A stretch of DNA of 64,000 nucleotides from Promethearchaeia archaeon (GCA_029856145.1 JAHQWK010000011.1:64001-128000); one strand, 5' to 3'. Counted from the stretch's first letter, positions 1 to 10,441 are shown. Notes: generated from the letters alone by a model not told the origin. Numbers and translations are program-made.

Positions 1-304
1 TATTCTTAATTTTGCTTTTATTTTCCGAGATATATGTTCTTATTGCGGGAGTCATCCTACTACTCCATATCGGGGTTCCTAGGATGATTAGATCATACAT
101 TTCTGGATTTTTTTGAACCTCTTCTATAACTGTAAGTTTCTCTCTTGTGGCAGCATATCCACTCTTGAGAAAACCAATAATAAAACCAGTTCTTTTCTTA
201 GTATCGATAATCTCCTCAGATTCACAATTTAAACCACTAGAAATTAATTTCGCAACTTTTTTGGTTCTACCTGTTCTTGAATAAAAAACAACTAATGATT
301 TCAT
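1..304 (-). CDS. Flavodoxin-family protein (3'-truncated by the window edge)
   Basis: Not in the ORF track. Manual translation from ATG at 304 gives MKSLVVFYSRTGRPKKVAKLI...YDLIILGTPIWSSRMTPAIRTYI, with the flavodoxin FMN-loop (YSRTG) and GTPIW motifs. The frame stays open to position 1. Confidence 0.85.
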   Translation of the reverse strand, partial: MKSLVVFYSRTGRTKKVAKLISSGLNCESEEIIDTKKRTGFIIGFLKSGYAATREKLTVIEEVQKNPEMYDLIILGTPIWSSRMTPAIRTYISENKSKIKN

Positions 305-503
305 AAAATATAATCCTAAATCTCATTAAATTAGAAAGATGTTATTAAGATTAATCTTCCAACAAAAATAAATATTGGTATCGAAGTTATTCCCTAATAT
401 TCCGAGAAACGATATCCCAGAAGATATGAAAAAGTTTTAATATCGACATTTGTTTGAATTAAAAATAATTAATATCTATTTGTAAGGATGAATTAAATTT
501 CAC

Positions 504-2459
504 ATGGAAGATATTTATAATAAAATCAGCAAAGGGAAAGCTGGTGAAAAAAGATTTTTTCTTGGTAATGAAGCAATTGTCCGTGGGGCTTTAGAAAGTG
601 GCGTTGATGTTTATACTTATTATCCGGGTACTCCTAGTTCTGAAGTTGGAGAAATCTTTATGGACATTTTTAAGAAAGTAGGAATGAAATGGGTGGAAAG
701 CAGCATTAATGAAAAAGTTGCGATAGAAGTTGCAGGTGCAGCATACGCTAGAGGTGCCACAACAATGGTCGGTATGAAAAATGTTGGGCTGAATGTTGCT
801 TCTGATCCTTTATTTGCTCTTGCCACTACACGCCCAAATAATAAGAATTCAGCGATGGTTATTTTAGTTGCTGATGACCCTCAACAGCATTCAAGTGCCG
901 TAGAAATGGATTCTCGAAATTATTTAAAAATTTTCAAAATACCCGCATTGGAACCGAGCAATCCTCAGGAGTGCTTAGAATTTACTAAAGAAGCATTTAA
1001 AATATCGAGAGAATTAAAACTACCAGTAATACTAAGGACTGTAACGATGGTTTCTCATGCTAGGAGTAACGTACGTATTGGAGAAATAAAACAATCAGAA
1101 ATTGAAAGTGAATTTGATTTATCCAAGGAGGTAAATGTCGCGTTAAGAATTTATTCTCTGGAGATGAAGAAAAATCACATTTATAATAGAATGAATCGAG
1201 CATTAGAATTATCTGAGAATAGTTCCTTAAATAGAATCGAAAATGGGAAAGCTAAAAATGAATATGAGTTAGGAATTATAACAAGCGGGGTGTCATACAG
1301 CTATGTACATGAAGCTTTAAATTTTCTTGAAATGGAGGCACCAACTCTTAAAATTGGTTTCATAAATCCACTTCCAGAGAAATTAATTGTAGAATTCATT
1401 AAACAATATAAAGAAGTATTTATTGTAGAAGAAAATGATGCATATCTTGAAACACAGGTTCTTGCCATGGCTCATAAAAACAGTCTTAAAGTGAAAATTC
1501 ATGGAAAAGATCCCTTTTCTTATTCAAAAGAAAAATCGTTATTACCTTTTGTAGGAGAATTAAATCCTACTAAAGTTGCGTTAGCATTAATGAAAATTAC
1601 TAGGTTAGAGCCAAAAATGGATTTTAAGCAGATTGATGAGAAAAAATATGATGTGATGGCAAGAAAACCTATTTTATGTGCGGGATGCCCCCATAGAACA
1701 ACTGGATATACATTACAAAAAGCTGTTAAAAAAATTAAATCTAGGACTGGAAAAAAAGTCTATTTTTACCAAGATATTGGATGTTATACTTTACTTGCGC
1801 TTCCCCCGTTTGATTTTGCTAATGTTAAATATTGCATGGGATCAAGTATAGCTTTAGCTCAAGGAGTTGCTCAAACAAGTGAAAGCCTAAATGTTGCGAT
1901 TATTGGAGATGGAACTTTTTATCACTCTGGAATTCCTGCGCTTTTAAATGGAATTTATAATAAAGCGCCAATTTTAGTATTAATATTAGATAATGGATGG
2001 ATCGGAATGACGGGGCAACAACCCAATCCAGGGAGTGATACTCGTTATTATAAAGAGGGATCTTATAAGAAGAATATAATTTTAGAAGAGTTGTTAGAAG
2101 GTACTGGAGCTCACGTCAATGTAATTAAGTATTATGAAAATAATGATGAGAATTATTTTACAAAACTAAAAGACTTAATTTATCAAATAGGACTAGATGT
2201 ATTAGAAAATAGAAATCTACATGTAATTGTTATAAAAAACGAATGCATTCAAAAAATTATTAAAAGACAAGCACCAGCAATAAGATATGTTGATAATGAA
2301 CTATGTAATAACTGTGGTATATGTTATTCTCAATTTTTATGCCCTGCTATTGATGAAAAGGAAAATGTTGCCTTTATTGATTCAAACATATGCTTAGGTT
2401 GTGGTATATGTGAAGAAATTTGCCCCAATAATGCTATTAATAGGGAGGAGCTAGAATGA
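504..2459 (+). CDS. iorA: Indolepyruvate:ferredoxin oxidoreductase alpha subunit
   Basis: LGNEAIVRGA, YPGTPSSE, NEKVA, MKNVGLNVASD, LCAGCPHR, DIGCY, TPP motif GDGTFYHSG...LDNG, and a C-terminal two-cluster ferredoxin domain (CNNCGIC...CP, CLGCGICEEICP). Confidence 0.95.
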   Translation: MEDIYNKISKGKAGEKRFFLGNEAIVRGALESGVDVYTYYPGTPSSEVGEIFMDIFKKVGMKWVESSINEKVAIEVAGAAYARGATTMVGMKNVGLNVASDPLFALATTRPNNKNSAMVILVADDPQQHSSAVEMDSRNYLKIFKIPALEPSNPQECLEFTKEAFKISRELKLPVILRTVTMVSHARSNVRIGEIKQSEIESEFDLSKEVNVALRIYSLEMKKNHIYNRMNRALELSENSSLNRIENGKAKNEYELGIITSGVSYSYVHEALNFLEMEAPTLKIGFINPLPEKLIVEFIKQYKEVFIVEENDAYLETQVLAMAHKNSLKVKIHGKDPFSYSKEKSLLPFVGELNPTKVALALMKITRLEPKMDFKQIDEKKYDVMARKPILCAGCPHRTTGYTLQKAVKKIKSRTGKKVYFYQDIGCYTLLALPPFDFANVKYCMGSSIALAQGVAQTSESLNVAIIGDGTFYHSGIPALLNGIYNKAPILVLILDNGWIGMTGQQPNPGSDTRYYKEGSYKKNIILEELLEGTGAHVNVIKYYENNDENYFTKLKDLIYQIGLDVLENRNLHVIVIKNECIQKIIKRQAPAIRYVDNELCNNCGICYSQFLCPAIDEKENVAFIDSNICLGCGICEEICPNNAINREELE

Positions 2460-3037
2460 GTTTAGATAATTATACTATAGTGATTAGCGGGTTAGGTGGA
2501 CAAGGATTAATAAGACTAATTCAGATTCTAGGAAACGCATTAATGATTAATGGGTATGAAGTAATAACTTCTGAGACTCATGGTCTTAGCCAGAGAGGTG
2601 GTAAAGTTACATGCTTTCTTCGCTTTGGAAGTAAGGTAAATGCCCCAATACCAATGATCGGAACAGCAGATATGATAATAGCTTTAGAAGAGAGTAGTAT
2701 TTTAGACGCGTTGAAATATGCTAAGCCTAATAAAAGTACTAAATTAGTAATATCTTCCTATGAAAAACAAATTCTGGGTATAGAATATCCTTCTCTAAAA
2801 TATATATTAGATATTCTTTTCGAAATTTCAAACAATATTTATATTTTACCGTTGACGGATATTGCTGTAAAGCACACTGGAAATATAAAAACTATGAATA
2901 GTGTGTTACTAGGATACATCTTAAAATTCTTACCATTAAACAAAAAGGATCTTGAGCAATTTCTATCATATAATTTCTCAGGAAAAACGTTAGAAATGAA
3001 CTTAAAAGCATTTAATGAAGGTCTTAAATTAAAATAA
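2456..3037 (+). CDS. iorB: Indolepyruvate:ferredoxin oxidoreductase beta subunit
   Basis: GLGGQG, SETHGLSQRGG and NLKAF motifs; ATGA overlap with iorA. Confidence 0.93.
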   Translation: MSLDNYTIVISGLGGQGLIRLIQILGNALMINGYEVITSETHGLSQRGGKVTCFLRFGSKVNAPIPMIGTADMIIALEESSILDALKYAKPNKSTKLVISSYEKQILGIEYPSLKYILDILFEISNNIYILPLTDIAVKHTGNIKTMNSVLLGYILKFLPLNKKDLEQFLSYNFSGKTLEMNLKAFNEGLKLK

Positions 3038-3152
3038 TTTTCTCCTTAAAACAATTAAAAAAATCGAATTAATTGACGAGTAAAAGTATAATAATCTTTT
3101 CATTTTTTTACAACATTAAAAATAATAAAAGAGGTAGTTTTGTTCTTTAGTT

Positions 3153-4526
3153 TTATAAGTTTTTCTGAATGTTTGAAATTTTTTTTTTCAATTTTTTGAT
3201 TCGAGATTCGTTTCCATTAAGATCCTGGACATCTTCTAGAATTTTTAATCCTTGTTGATAGTAATTAATTGCTTTAATGTAATCCTTTTTTTTCTCAGCT
3301 TTTTCTCCTACTTTTAAAGCATATTCTAGTTCCAATTCTTTAATCTTTTTATCAAGTTCTAAAATCATAAATGATATTCTCCCTACTTCCTCTTTATAAT
3401 CAAAACCTGATGCCAAGTAAAGAGCCATTTCACATTCTTTTTGTGCCTCTTTATAAGCTAATCCTTTTTCGGCAGTTTCAGCTTTTCGAATGAAAGAATT
3501 TAAAGATGATCTAACTTCTTCTTCACTCATATGCTTTGCTCTTTCTTTCAATTCATTTATTGCATCGTTATTAGTAATTATCGAAGAAATTAATTCATTA
3601 CTGGCTATTCTTACTGCTCGTGATTCTTGAAAATTACTAATTGTATCTTCAGCGGTTTCAATTGTAGTAGGGATAATAATTTTTTTTTCTATAAGTTTGT
3701 AGACTTCATAAAGTATCTTATTTGAGTCGATATGTACTATTTTTTGAACTTCATCAATTAAGTTGATAATAAAAAAGAATGCTTTTGAAGCTAACAATGC
3801 CTTTGCAAAATCTATTATTGCCTTTTGAATAGGATTTCTCTGAATTATTTCTAATTCGTTTGGTAATAATGTGTGGGTTAGAATCATGGGAAAAACTAGA
3901 TTAACATTAAATGTATCTATTATGAAATCGATGGTATCTTCGAAATGCATCATCCCTTTTCTTATGTGTGCTCCAATTTTATCTAGATATCTACTTTCAT
4001 AATCACTTAAAAACTCAGTTACAAGAATCTTCAAGCTATCAGAAGCTTTATGGTCCAAAACTAAACAGATTCGAATAAATTGGGCATTTTTAAGTAAAAT
4101 ATTGAATGTTTCGTATTGAAATTCATAAAATTGATGATTATTTCTATGATTTGAATTACCATTTGAAGTATTACTAGATTCTGAAAACGTAATATTTGCT
4201 TGGATAAATCCGGTTAATAATCCAGTATTTACGCCCGCTCCTGAAATCGGATAATCAACCAGAGCTAACCCAGATTCTTTAGCCATTAATAAAACATGTT
4301 TTATGTTCAAAACATCTAAAAATTTCTGCCATATTAGGTCTTGGAACATTTGAATACGTTTTTCTTCAGAATCAATAATCGTGAATTTCAAGTTATGATT
4401 AAGATTTAAACCAAATTTTTCAAGTTGAGCTTTAACACACTCTTTACAGAAATCTGGATATTTCTCACAATTATTTTTATCTAGTCCGCAATCAAATCCA
4501 ACAGGACTAATCTGAAAATAAACCAT
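3153..4526 (-). CDS. Soluble protein: Cys-rich N-terminus, longin/roadblock-like domain, helical/wHTH segment, C-terminal TPR-like repeats
   Basis: N-terminal C-x6-C-x6-CxxC. The segment VLLMAKESGLAL...LLTGFIQANITF...FQYETFNILL...IRICLVL resembles the cytoplasmic domain of 24271/26768. TPR-like ALKVGEKAEKKKDYIKAINYYQQGL. Confidence 0.6.
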   Translation of the reverse strand: MVYFQISPVGFDCGLDKNNCEKYPDFCKECVKAQLEKFGLNLNHNLKFTIIDSEEKRIQMFQDLIWQKFLDVLNIKHVLLMAKESGLALVDYPISGAGVNTGLLTGFIQANITFSESSNTSNGNSNHRNNHQFYEFQYETFNILLKNAQFIRICLVLDHKASDSLKILVTEFLSDYESRYLDKIGAHIRKGMMHFEDTIDFIIDTFNVNLVFPMILTHTLLPNELEIIQRNPIQKAIIDFAKALLASKAFFFIINLIDEVQKIVHIDSNKILYEVYKLIEKKIIIPTTIETAEDTISNFQESRAVRIASNELISSIITNNDAINELKERAKHMSEEEVRSSLNSFIRKAETAEKGLAYKEAQKECEMALYLASGFDYKEEVGRISFMILELDKKIKELELEYALKVGEKAEKKKDYIKAINYYQQGLKILEDVQDLNGNESRIKKLKKKISNIQKNL

Positions 4527-4855
4527 TTAAATCCTATAAACTTATGTTCTTAATACTGAATTGAAAGGAAGATTTTAAAAATATTTCTATTAATTTGTTC
4601 TTTTGTTCTATCCCCTCAATCAACTAATAATTTCAAAATTTTTTAACATTTTCAAAATATTAGATTCTGTGATGCTATAACGAAAAATTAAAAGAATGGT
4701 AAATATCTCAAATCTATACATATCAGAAATATTAAGTATTCAAATCAAAATTTAGGTACGAGAGCTTTTTTCTCCATAAGATTAAGAATAGGAATTGCAA
4801 ATTCTGGTCTAAAATCTTCTTCATAAAAAAAAGTTTGTTAAATTAAATATTCAAA

Positions 4856-5890
4856 TTAAATTTGATATCTTTGATTAATAACCGTTTGAAATTGTATATT
4901 TGAACGGGATTGTTCTTGATAACCCCCTCTTTTTGAAACTAAGTAGAATTGGGCTAAAGTATTCTTATGGACTAAAGTAATCCCTCGCCATTTATTATCG
5001 TCTGTATTAAATTCTACTATATTTCCAAGAGCTACTCCTTCTCTAGAAGAGAAATTAAATTTCATTCTTCCCAATATTTTTATAAGTTCTTCATGGTATT
5101 CAGTTACTTTATGTTGGGGTTTATCTTTAAATCTTAATGCTTCAATAGAAAAAGCTTTGAGTATATCATTGCTCATGGTATTCCATGCTTCAGGGTTTGC
5201 ATAAAACTCAATCCCTATAAATTCACCGTTAATGAATACTGCAATTCCACATTGATTTTCTACTTTTTTGAAGGATTTCACGAAATCTTCAGTTTCTTTT
5301 TCAGATTCTTTTGTAATTTCGAGATAACTCTGAGTAGGAGCCACAGCAAGGGCATAATTCATCTCGGCTCTATGAGATTGGATCTCGCTCCATACACCTC
5401 CTTGTCCTGCTGCAGAAATTGCTTCATAAGCAACATTAGGATGGAGTCTAGTATTTGAAGTTTTAAATCCACGTCCTTTAGTATAACTCCATCTTGATTG
5501 TTCTACACATTTAGCAGGGACAGTATATTTTTGTTTAAGGGTTCCAGGATTTTGGTTGATAATGTTTTGTTTTCCACCCACAGGTAGTAAAATTGGTTCC
5601 CATATTGTCCTATCCTGTTTACCACCGTGAACTGTCATTCCGAATGGAATTAATATTTGTTTATCGCTTTTATTTACGACTTCTAACTGGCCTACTGTAT
5701 CAGTTTCGAGGATCTCTATTAATTCTAATTCTTCTGCTTCTTTAATACTAATGAAATCGATAAATTTATCATCTTGTACAATAATAGGGATAACAGTCAT
5801 GTTTTTATAAACTTGAGGAGTATCTAATTTAAGAAAACTTAAAGGATTTTTAAATAAAGAATTTACAATTTGTACACTTTCATTTTTCAA
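4856..5890 (-). CDS. ARPP-1/DUF6569-like protein
   Basis: GGKQDRTI, VPAKCVEQSRW, QGGVWSEI and QCGIAVFING match the remembered DUF6569 pattern; TTG start. Confidence 0.7.
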   Translation of the reverse strand: MKNESVQIVNSLFKNPLSFLKLDTPQVYKNMTVIPIIVQDDKFIDFISIKEAEELELIEILETDTVGQLEVVNKSDKQILIPFGMTVHGGKQDRTIWEPILLPVGGKQNIINQNPGTLKQKYTVPAKCVEQSRWSYTKGRGFKTSNTRLHPNVAYEAISAAGQGGVWSEIQSHRAEMNYALAVAPTQSYLEITKESEKETEDFVKSFKKVENQCGIAVFINGEFIGIEFYANPEAWNTMSNDILKAFSIEALRFKDKPQHKVTEYHEELIKILGRMKFNFSSREGVALGNIVEFNTDDNKWRGITLVHKNTLAQFYLVSKRGGYQEQSRSNIQFQTVINQRYQI

Positions 5891-5892
5891 AC

Positions 5893-6327
5893 TTACTCAT
5901 CCTCCTTTTTATTATTTTTATTTTTTTCTTTTATACGTTCACTTTCTTCAGAAAGACTTTCTTCATAGAGTGGACTTATAAATTGATTTACAATATCTTT
6001 ACCATTTTCGGTAAGTTCCACCCCTTGAACGACCTTTAATTTTCCACTTTTACTTATTCCATTAATCCTCGTTCCCTTTCCCTTTGGTACTTCATCTTTA
6101 TTATATTCTACTCTATGAGTTTTTACAATTCCTCCTCGTTTTAATGCATTTAAGTGGTAATTAATACTTTGTTTCTGCATTCCCATATTTTTCGCAATTT
6201 CTATAGGTTGTTGAGGACTGTCAGAAAGTTGTCTTAAAATATTCGCTCTTACGGGGCTTCTAAATACAAGTCCAACTTTTTCAAATATTGGCTTTTTCTT
6301 TTCTTTTTTTTCTTCTTTTTTAGCCAT
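5893..6327 (-). CDS. ArsR-like winged-helix transcriptional regulator
   Basis: SPVRANILRQL...EIAKNMGMQKQSINYHLNALKRGGIV; 2-nt gap to the downstream gene. Confidence 0.85.
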   Translation of the reverse strand: MAKKEEKKEKKKPIFEKVGLVFRSPVRANILRQLSDSPQQPIEIAKNMGMQKQSINYHLNALKRGGIVKTHRVEYNKDEVPKGKGTRINGISKSGKLKVVQGVELTENGKDIVNQFISPLYEESLSEESERIKEKNKNNKKEDE

Positions 6328-6505
6328 ATCTCTTCACATCTAATTTGGAAAAATTTTTATGGTAAAAGAAATTATTTACTGTAAAAAAATAATAGTAAAT
6401 TGCTTATTTAAATATTAGGTTTTTTTGGTGAAATTCTTATTAAATCAAGTTTATAAATTGTAAGATCTAGAATATCATAGATCTAAAGTCTATTAAAAAA
6501 AACCT

Positions 6506-7345
6506 TTGAAAATGAAAGAATCAAACAATATCGGGCATTATGAAATTACTGAATTTCCAAAGCTGAGAATCCCTACTTTAGACTTTCTTTCATTAGGAGA
6601 AAATAAGCATTATGTTAAAGGTTTAGTTGAATTTGATGTAACAAATGGTAGAAACAAAATTCGGGAGCATAAGAAGAATACTGGTGAGAAAATATCCTTC
6701 ACAGCTTGGTTTCTGAAATGTATTGGACAAGCTGCGAGTGAATATAAGGAAGTACATTCTATGATGAGGGGAAAAAATAAAATCATCACATTTGAGGACG
6801 TTGATATCTCGATAACAGTTGAGAAAGAGGTTGATGGTGAGAAGACCCCAATGCCACTTGTTATCAGGAAAACGAATAAAAAGACTGTTAAGCAGATCAA
6901 TACCGAAATAAGAAAAGCACAATCTGAAGAAGTAAGTGAAGCTACAGTATTAGGAAGTCATTCTATGAAAGAAGATGTTAAAACTTATGTTTCTCTGCCA
7001 AGATTTATGAGGAAATTTATCTTAAAGAGGAGATTTAAAGACCCAATCAAAGTTAAACAAATTATGGGAACAATAGTGGTTACCTCTGTGGGTATGTTTG
7101 GAAAATTTCATGGATGGCCAATTCCTACCACTTATCATCCTCTAGCTTTTGGTATAGGAGGAATTACTAAAAAGCCAGGAGTGATTAAAGAAAAAATTGA
7201 AATTCGGGAATACTTAACTGTGACTGTTTTATTTAATCATGACGTTGTTGATGGAGCTCCCGCAACTCGATTCATTTCTCGATTGGGTGAATTAATAGAA
7301 AGTGAGTTTGGGCTCCTTAACTTAGAATCTTTTATTTTCTTTTAA
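6506..7345 (+). CDS. Stand-alone 2-oxoacid dehydrogenase E2-like acyltransferase catalytic domain (no lipoyl domain)
   Basis: ISFTAWFLKC, GTIVVTSVGMFG and catalytic NHDVVDGAPATRF (HxxxDG). The true start may be the ATG at 6512. Confidence 0.85.
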   Translation: MKMKESNNIGHYEITEFPKLRIPTLDFLSLGENKHYVKGLVEFDVTNGRNKIREHKKNTGEKISFTAWFLKCIGQAASEYKEVHSMMRGKNKIITFEDVDISITVEKEVDGEKTPMPLVIRKTNKKTVKQINTEIRKAQSEEVSEATVLGSHSMKEDVKTYVSLPRFMRKFILKRRFKDPIKVKQIMGTIVVTSVGMFGKFHGWPIPTTYHPLAFGIGGITKKPGVIKEKIEIREYLTVTVLFNHDVVDGAPATRFISRLGELIESEFGLLNLESFIFF

Positions 7346-7446
7346 TTTCTTTAGAAATTTAATGAGGTTTACTTCTAAACAAATTATAGAAGAAACAAGG
7401 TTTAATTTTTTTGTTAAATGAAAAAAAATTTGAGTAAATTATTTGA

Positions 7447-8436
7447 TTAAAAAGCTATATTTTGTCCAATTCCTTCTTTTAGGGCTCTATCATATACAAG
7501 TTTTCCAACAGCAACATCCTGAGCACTTATTCCCACAGATTTGAATACAGTAATTTCCGAATCAGAGGTACGTCCTGGTTTATTTCCAGTTATTATTTCA
7601 CCTATAGAAAAAATATCATTCTCAGTTATTATACCTTCATTAATAGGAATAATGTAATCTCCAGCTTCAGCCAAACAAGCTTCTTTTAATCCGGCTGTTA
7701 GTAGAGAAGCTCTTTTAATTATTATAGAATCCAATTCTCGCGCATCTGGTGCATGAGCACCAATAGAAGAGATATGAGTTCCTTCAACTACTTTATTTCC
7801 TGAAAAAAGAGGCGTTGTACTAGTAGTAGCTGCTACAACAATATCAGTATTAGAGAGGAGATCATCTCCTGATTCGACAATTTCAACATCTATTCCTAAT
7901 TCACTCTCAATTTCTTTTTTGAAATCTTTAGCAACATTCTTTTTTAAATCATAAACCTTACATTTTTCTAATTTTTTATCTAATCCCCAATATACTGCAG
8001 ATACTTGTTTTCTGGCTTGAACTCCAGCACTATAAATACCCAAAGTGGTACTATTTTTTCTTGCTATATATTTAACAGAAACCCCTGTAGCAGCACCAGT
8101 TCTCATAGCCGTAATAAGGCTTCCATCCATTATTCCCACAATATCACCAGTATTTATATCTTGTACCATAATTTTTGCTAAAACTGTAGGCATATTATAT
8201 TTTTCAGGATTTTGTTTATAGACAGATACAATTTTAGTAGCAAGAGCATTCATCTTACCTCCAATAATACCAGGCATTATTAATGTTAACCCTAGAGCGG
8301 GGTCTGTAAATGCTATTCTTTGAGGAACTATAGCATTTCCAAGAGTTAATTGTTTGTAGGCTTCTTCTACGTAGTTTAACGCATCGGGCATAGTTAATAG
8401 CTTAGCAACATCTTCCTTAGTTAATAATCTAACCAT
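7447..8436 (-). CDS. Ornithine cyclodeaminase/mu-crystallin family (archaeal alanine dehydrogenase-like)
   Basis: ITAMRTGAA, AGVQA, GTHISSIGA, RELD and ITVFKSVGISAQDVA. Confidence 0.9.
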   Translation of the reverse strand: MVRLLTKEDVAKLLTMPDALNYVEEAYKQLTLGNAIVPQRIAFTDPALGLTLIMPGIIGGKMNALATKIVSVYKQNPEKYNMPTVLAKIMVQDINTGDIVGIMDGSLITAMRTGAATGVSVKYIARKNSTTLGIYSAGVQARKQVSAVYWGLDKKLEKCKVYDLKKNVAKDFKKEIESELGIDVEIVESGDDLLSNTDIVVAATTSTTPLFSGNKVVEGTHISSIGAHAPDARELDSIIIKRASLLTAGLKEACLAEAGDYIIPINEGIITENDIFSIGEIITGNKPGRTSDSEITVFKSVGISAQDVAVGKLVYDRALKEGIGQNIAF

Positions 8437-8558
8437 TTTTATTTGTTCAACTCCAATTTAGTAATTCCTAAGATTTTGTATATAAAACTATAAAATTCAA
8501 ATGAATTAAAATATAATTATATCGTAGTTGAGAAAAATATTGAAAGTTTATTCCCATA

Positions 8559-8936
8559 ATGCCTGAATTTGAAAAAATAATGAAGAATTATGACCCCCCT
8601 GAAATAACTGGCAACTTCTTTGTTTTGAATAAAGATGAAGAGGTTTGGCTCGAAGGCTGGATCCAGATGGAACCGTCTTTAGAAGAATTTACTTCTCTAA
8701 TTCAAGAGGAAATTGAAGATTCATGGGGTTTAGAAAATGCTGAAATGTCAGATTACATAATTTTTCATATTGATCTTGAAGATAAAAACAATCTAAAAGA
8801 AATTAAGGATAATGAATATTATCAATGGGTAAGACAACACGAAGAGATTTTCATTGTATTGTTGCATAAAGAGATTAAATATCGGATAATAGAAAATATC
8901 CCAACTGTTTTTGAATGGTTCATGGGAACAATATAA
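8559..8936 (+). CDS. Hypothetical acidic protein
   Basis: 125-aa ATG ORF, co-oriented with and 15 nt upstream of the methyltransferase. Confidence 0.6.
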   Translation: MPEFEKIMKNYDPPEITGNFFVLNKDEEVWLEGWIQMEPSLEEFTSLIQEEIEDSWGLENAEMSDYIIFHIDLEDKNNLKEIKDNEYYQWVRQHEEIFIVLLHKEIKYRIIENIPTVFEWFMGTI

Positions 8937-8951
8937 ATATGGGTTATAGAT

Positions 8952-9698
8952 TTGAATTTCGTATATATTCTCTTGCTAATAATCGGAATTTTAATAATAT
9001 TAATTCTAATCTTTAGTTTACCTCGAAAGAAGAATTTAAGAAAACCTAGTTTTGAAGGCTTTGATAGTCCTGAGGTTGCAGCAGCATTTGAAAAAATGAC
9101 TAATTTTTTACCTTTTAAGATTCTACGAAGAAGAATATTATCTGAATTAAAAAAATATAATCTTAAAGGAAAATTAGTAGATTTAGGTTGTGGTTCGGGA
9201 AATTTAATCATTCAGATTGCCAATAACTTCCCTAATCTTGATTTAAAAGGAGTTGACATTTCTTCTGATGTATTAGAATTAGCTAAAAAAAGGGTATTAG
9301 AAAATAATTTAAATAAAAAGATAGAATTCAAAATCGGAAGTGCGGCAGATTTTCCTTTTTCAGATAATTCAATCGATTTCATCATAAGTACTCTTTCTCT
9401 TCATCACTGGCAAGAACCTACTAAAGCTTTAAGTGAAATTTTTCGTGTTCTGAAACAAAATGGTATTTTTTTAATTTTTGATTTTCGTAGAGATGCGAGA
9501 AAATTCTTTTATGGTTTATTAAAGTTTGTTACTAAAGTAGTTGTCCCCAAAGTTTTAAAGGAGATTAATGAACCTATAGGATCGTTACAAGCAGGATATA
9601 CTCCTACAGAAATAAGACGTATAATCTCTCAAACTTCTTTTGATAATATAGAGATTGATCTCTACTTAGCTTGGATGTTTATTAAGATGAAAAAATAA
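8952..9698 (+). CDS. Class I SAM-dependent methyltransferase with N-terminal membrane anchor
   Basis: LVDLGCGSG, GVDIS, FPFSDNSIDFIISTLSLHHW and EIFRVLKQNG; hydrophobic N-terminus. Confidence 0.9.
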   Translation: MNFVYILLLIIGILIILILIFSLPRKKNLRKPSFEGFDSPEVAAAFEKMTNFLPFKILRRRILSELKKYNLKGKLVDLGCGSGNLIIQIANNFPNLDLKGVDISSDVLELAKKRVLENNLNKKIEFKIGSAADFPFSDNSIDFIISTLSLHHWQEPTKALSEIFRVLKQNGIFLIFDFRRDARKFFYGLLKFVTKVVVPKVLKEINEPIGSLQAGYTPTEIRRIISQTSFDNIEIDLYLAWMFIKMKK

Positions 9699-9788
9699 AG
9701 ATAATTAAAAACTAAGGGAAATATTTATTTTCAATTTTTTTTCTGGGTATGTAATTTAAGATTTGACTCTTCTGATAAATATATGTGA

Positions 9789-10322
9789 TTAGCGGGATAA
9801 TTTATACATATATGATACTAATTTAAAAAAAAAGTCTTCCACATTAGTACCTGATTTAGCACTCGTTTCAAAGTATTCACATGCAGCTAAAAATTGTTTA
9901 CAATTCTCAGATTCTTCTTTTTCAATAACTCTATTTTCAGAGTTTAACAAATCCGCCTTATTTCCAACAAGTATACTAGAAAATCCATCTATAACTTTCT
10001 CTATTTCTTCTTTCCAGTTTGTAAGGTTTTCAAACGTTTTTTTATTGGTTAGATCGAAAACATAGACTATTCCTTTTGCTCCCTTATAAAATTCTTGTCT
10101 TACCCATTTAAAATGCTGCTGCCCCGCTAAATCCCATATCTGTAAAGTTATTAGGTTTTGAACGTTAGGAAGTTTGATACGTTTTACAAAGAAGTTAGAA
10201 CCAATAGTAGATGCTGTATTTGGGGTAAATCTTCTTTCTAAATATTGATGAAGCAGTGTAGTTTTACCTACGTTAAAATCACCGACAATACAAACCTTAT
10301 AAAAAGGAAATTTTAAACCCAT
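9789..10322 (-). CDS. Rab-like small GTPase
   Basis: G1 GDFNVGKT, G2 STIG, G3 WDLAGQ, G4 NKAD, G5 TSAK; RabF-like IGSNF, LQIW, FYKGA, YVFDLT. Confidence 0.93.
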   Translation of the reverse strand: MGLKFPFYKVCIVGDFNVGKTTLLHQYLERRFTPNTASTIGSNFFVKRIKLPNVQNLITLQIWDLAGQQHFKWVRQEFYKGAKGIVYVFDLTNKKTFENLTNWKEEIEKVIDGFSSILVGNKADLLNSENRVIEKEESENCKQFLAACEYFETSAKSGTNVEDFFFKLVSYMYKLSR

Positions 10323-10441
10323 TTTTTTATCTTATAATATTCTTATCTAAATATTAATGCGAAATTAATTTAATAAATTTATATTTCAAAATTTACCAAA
10401 TATTTACATTCTATATATACCTTAGAAATGCTCGGGAAAAA

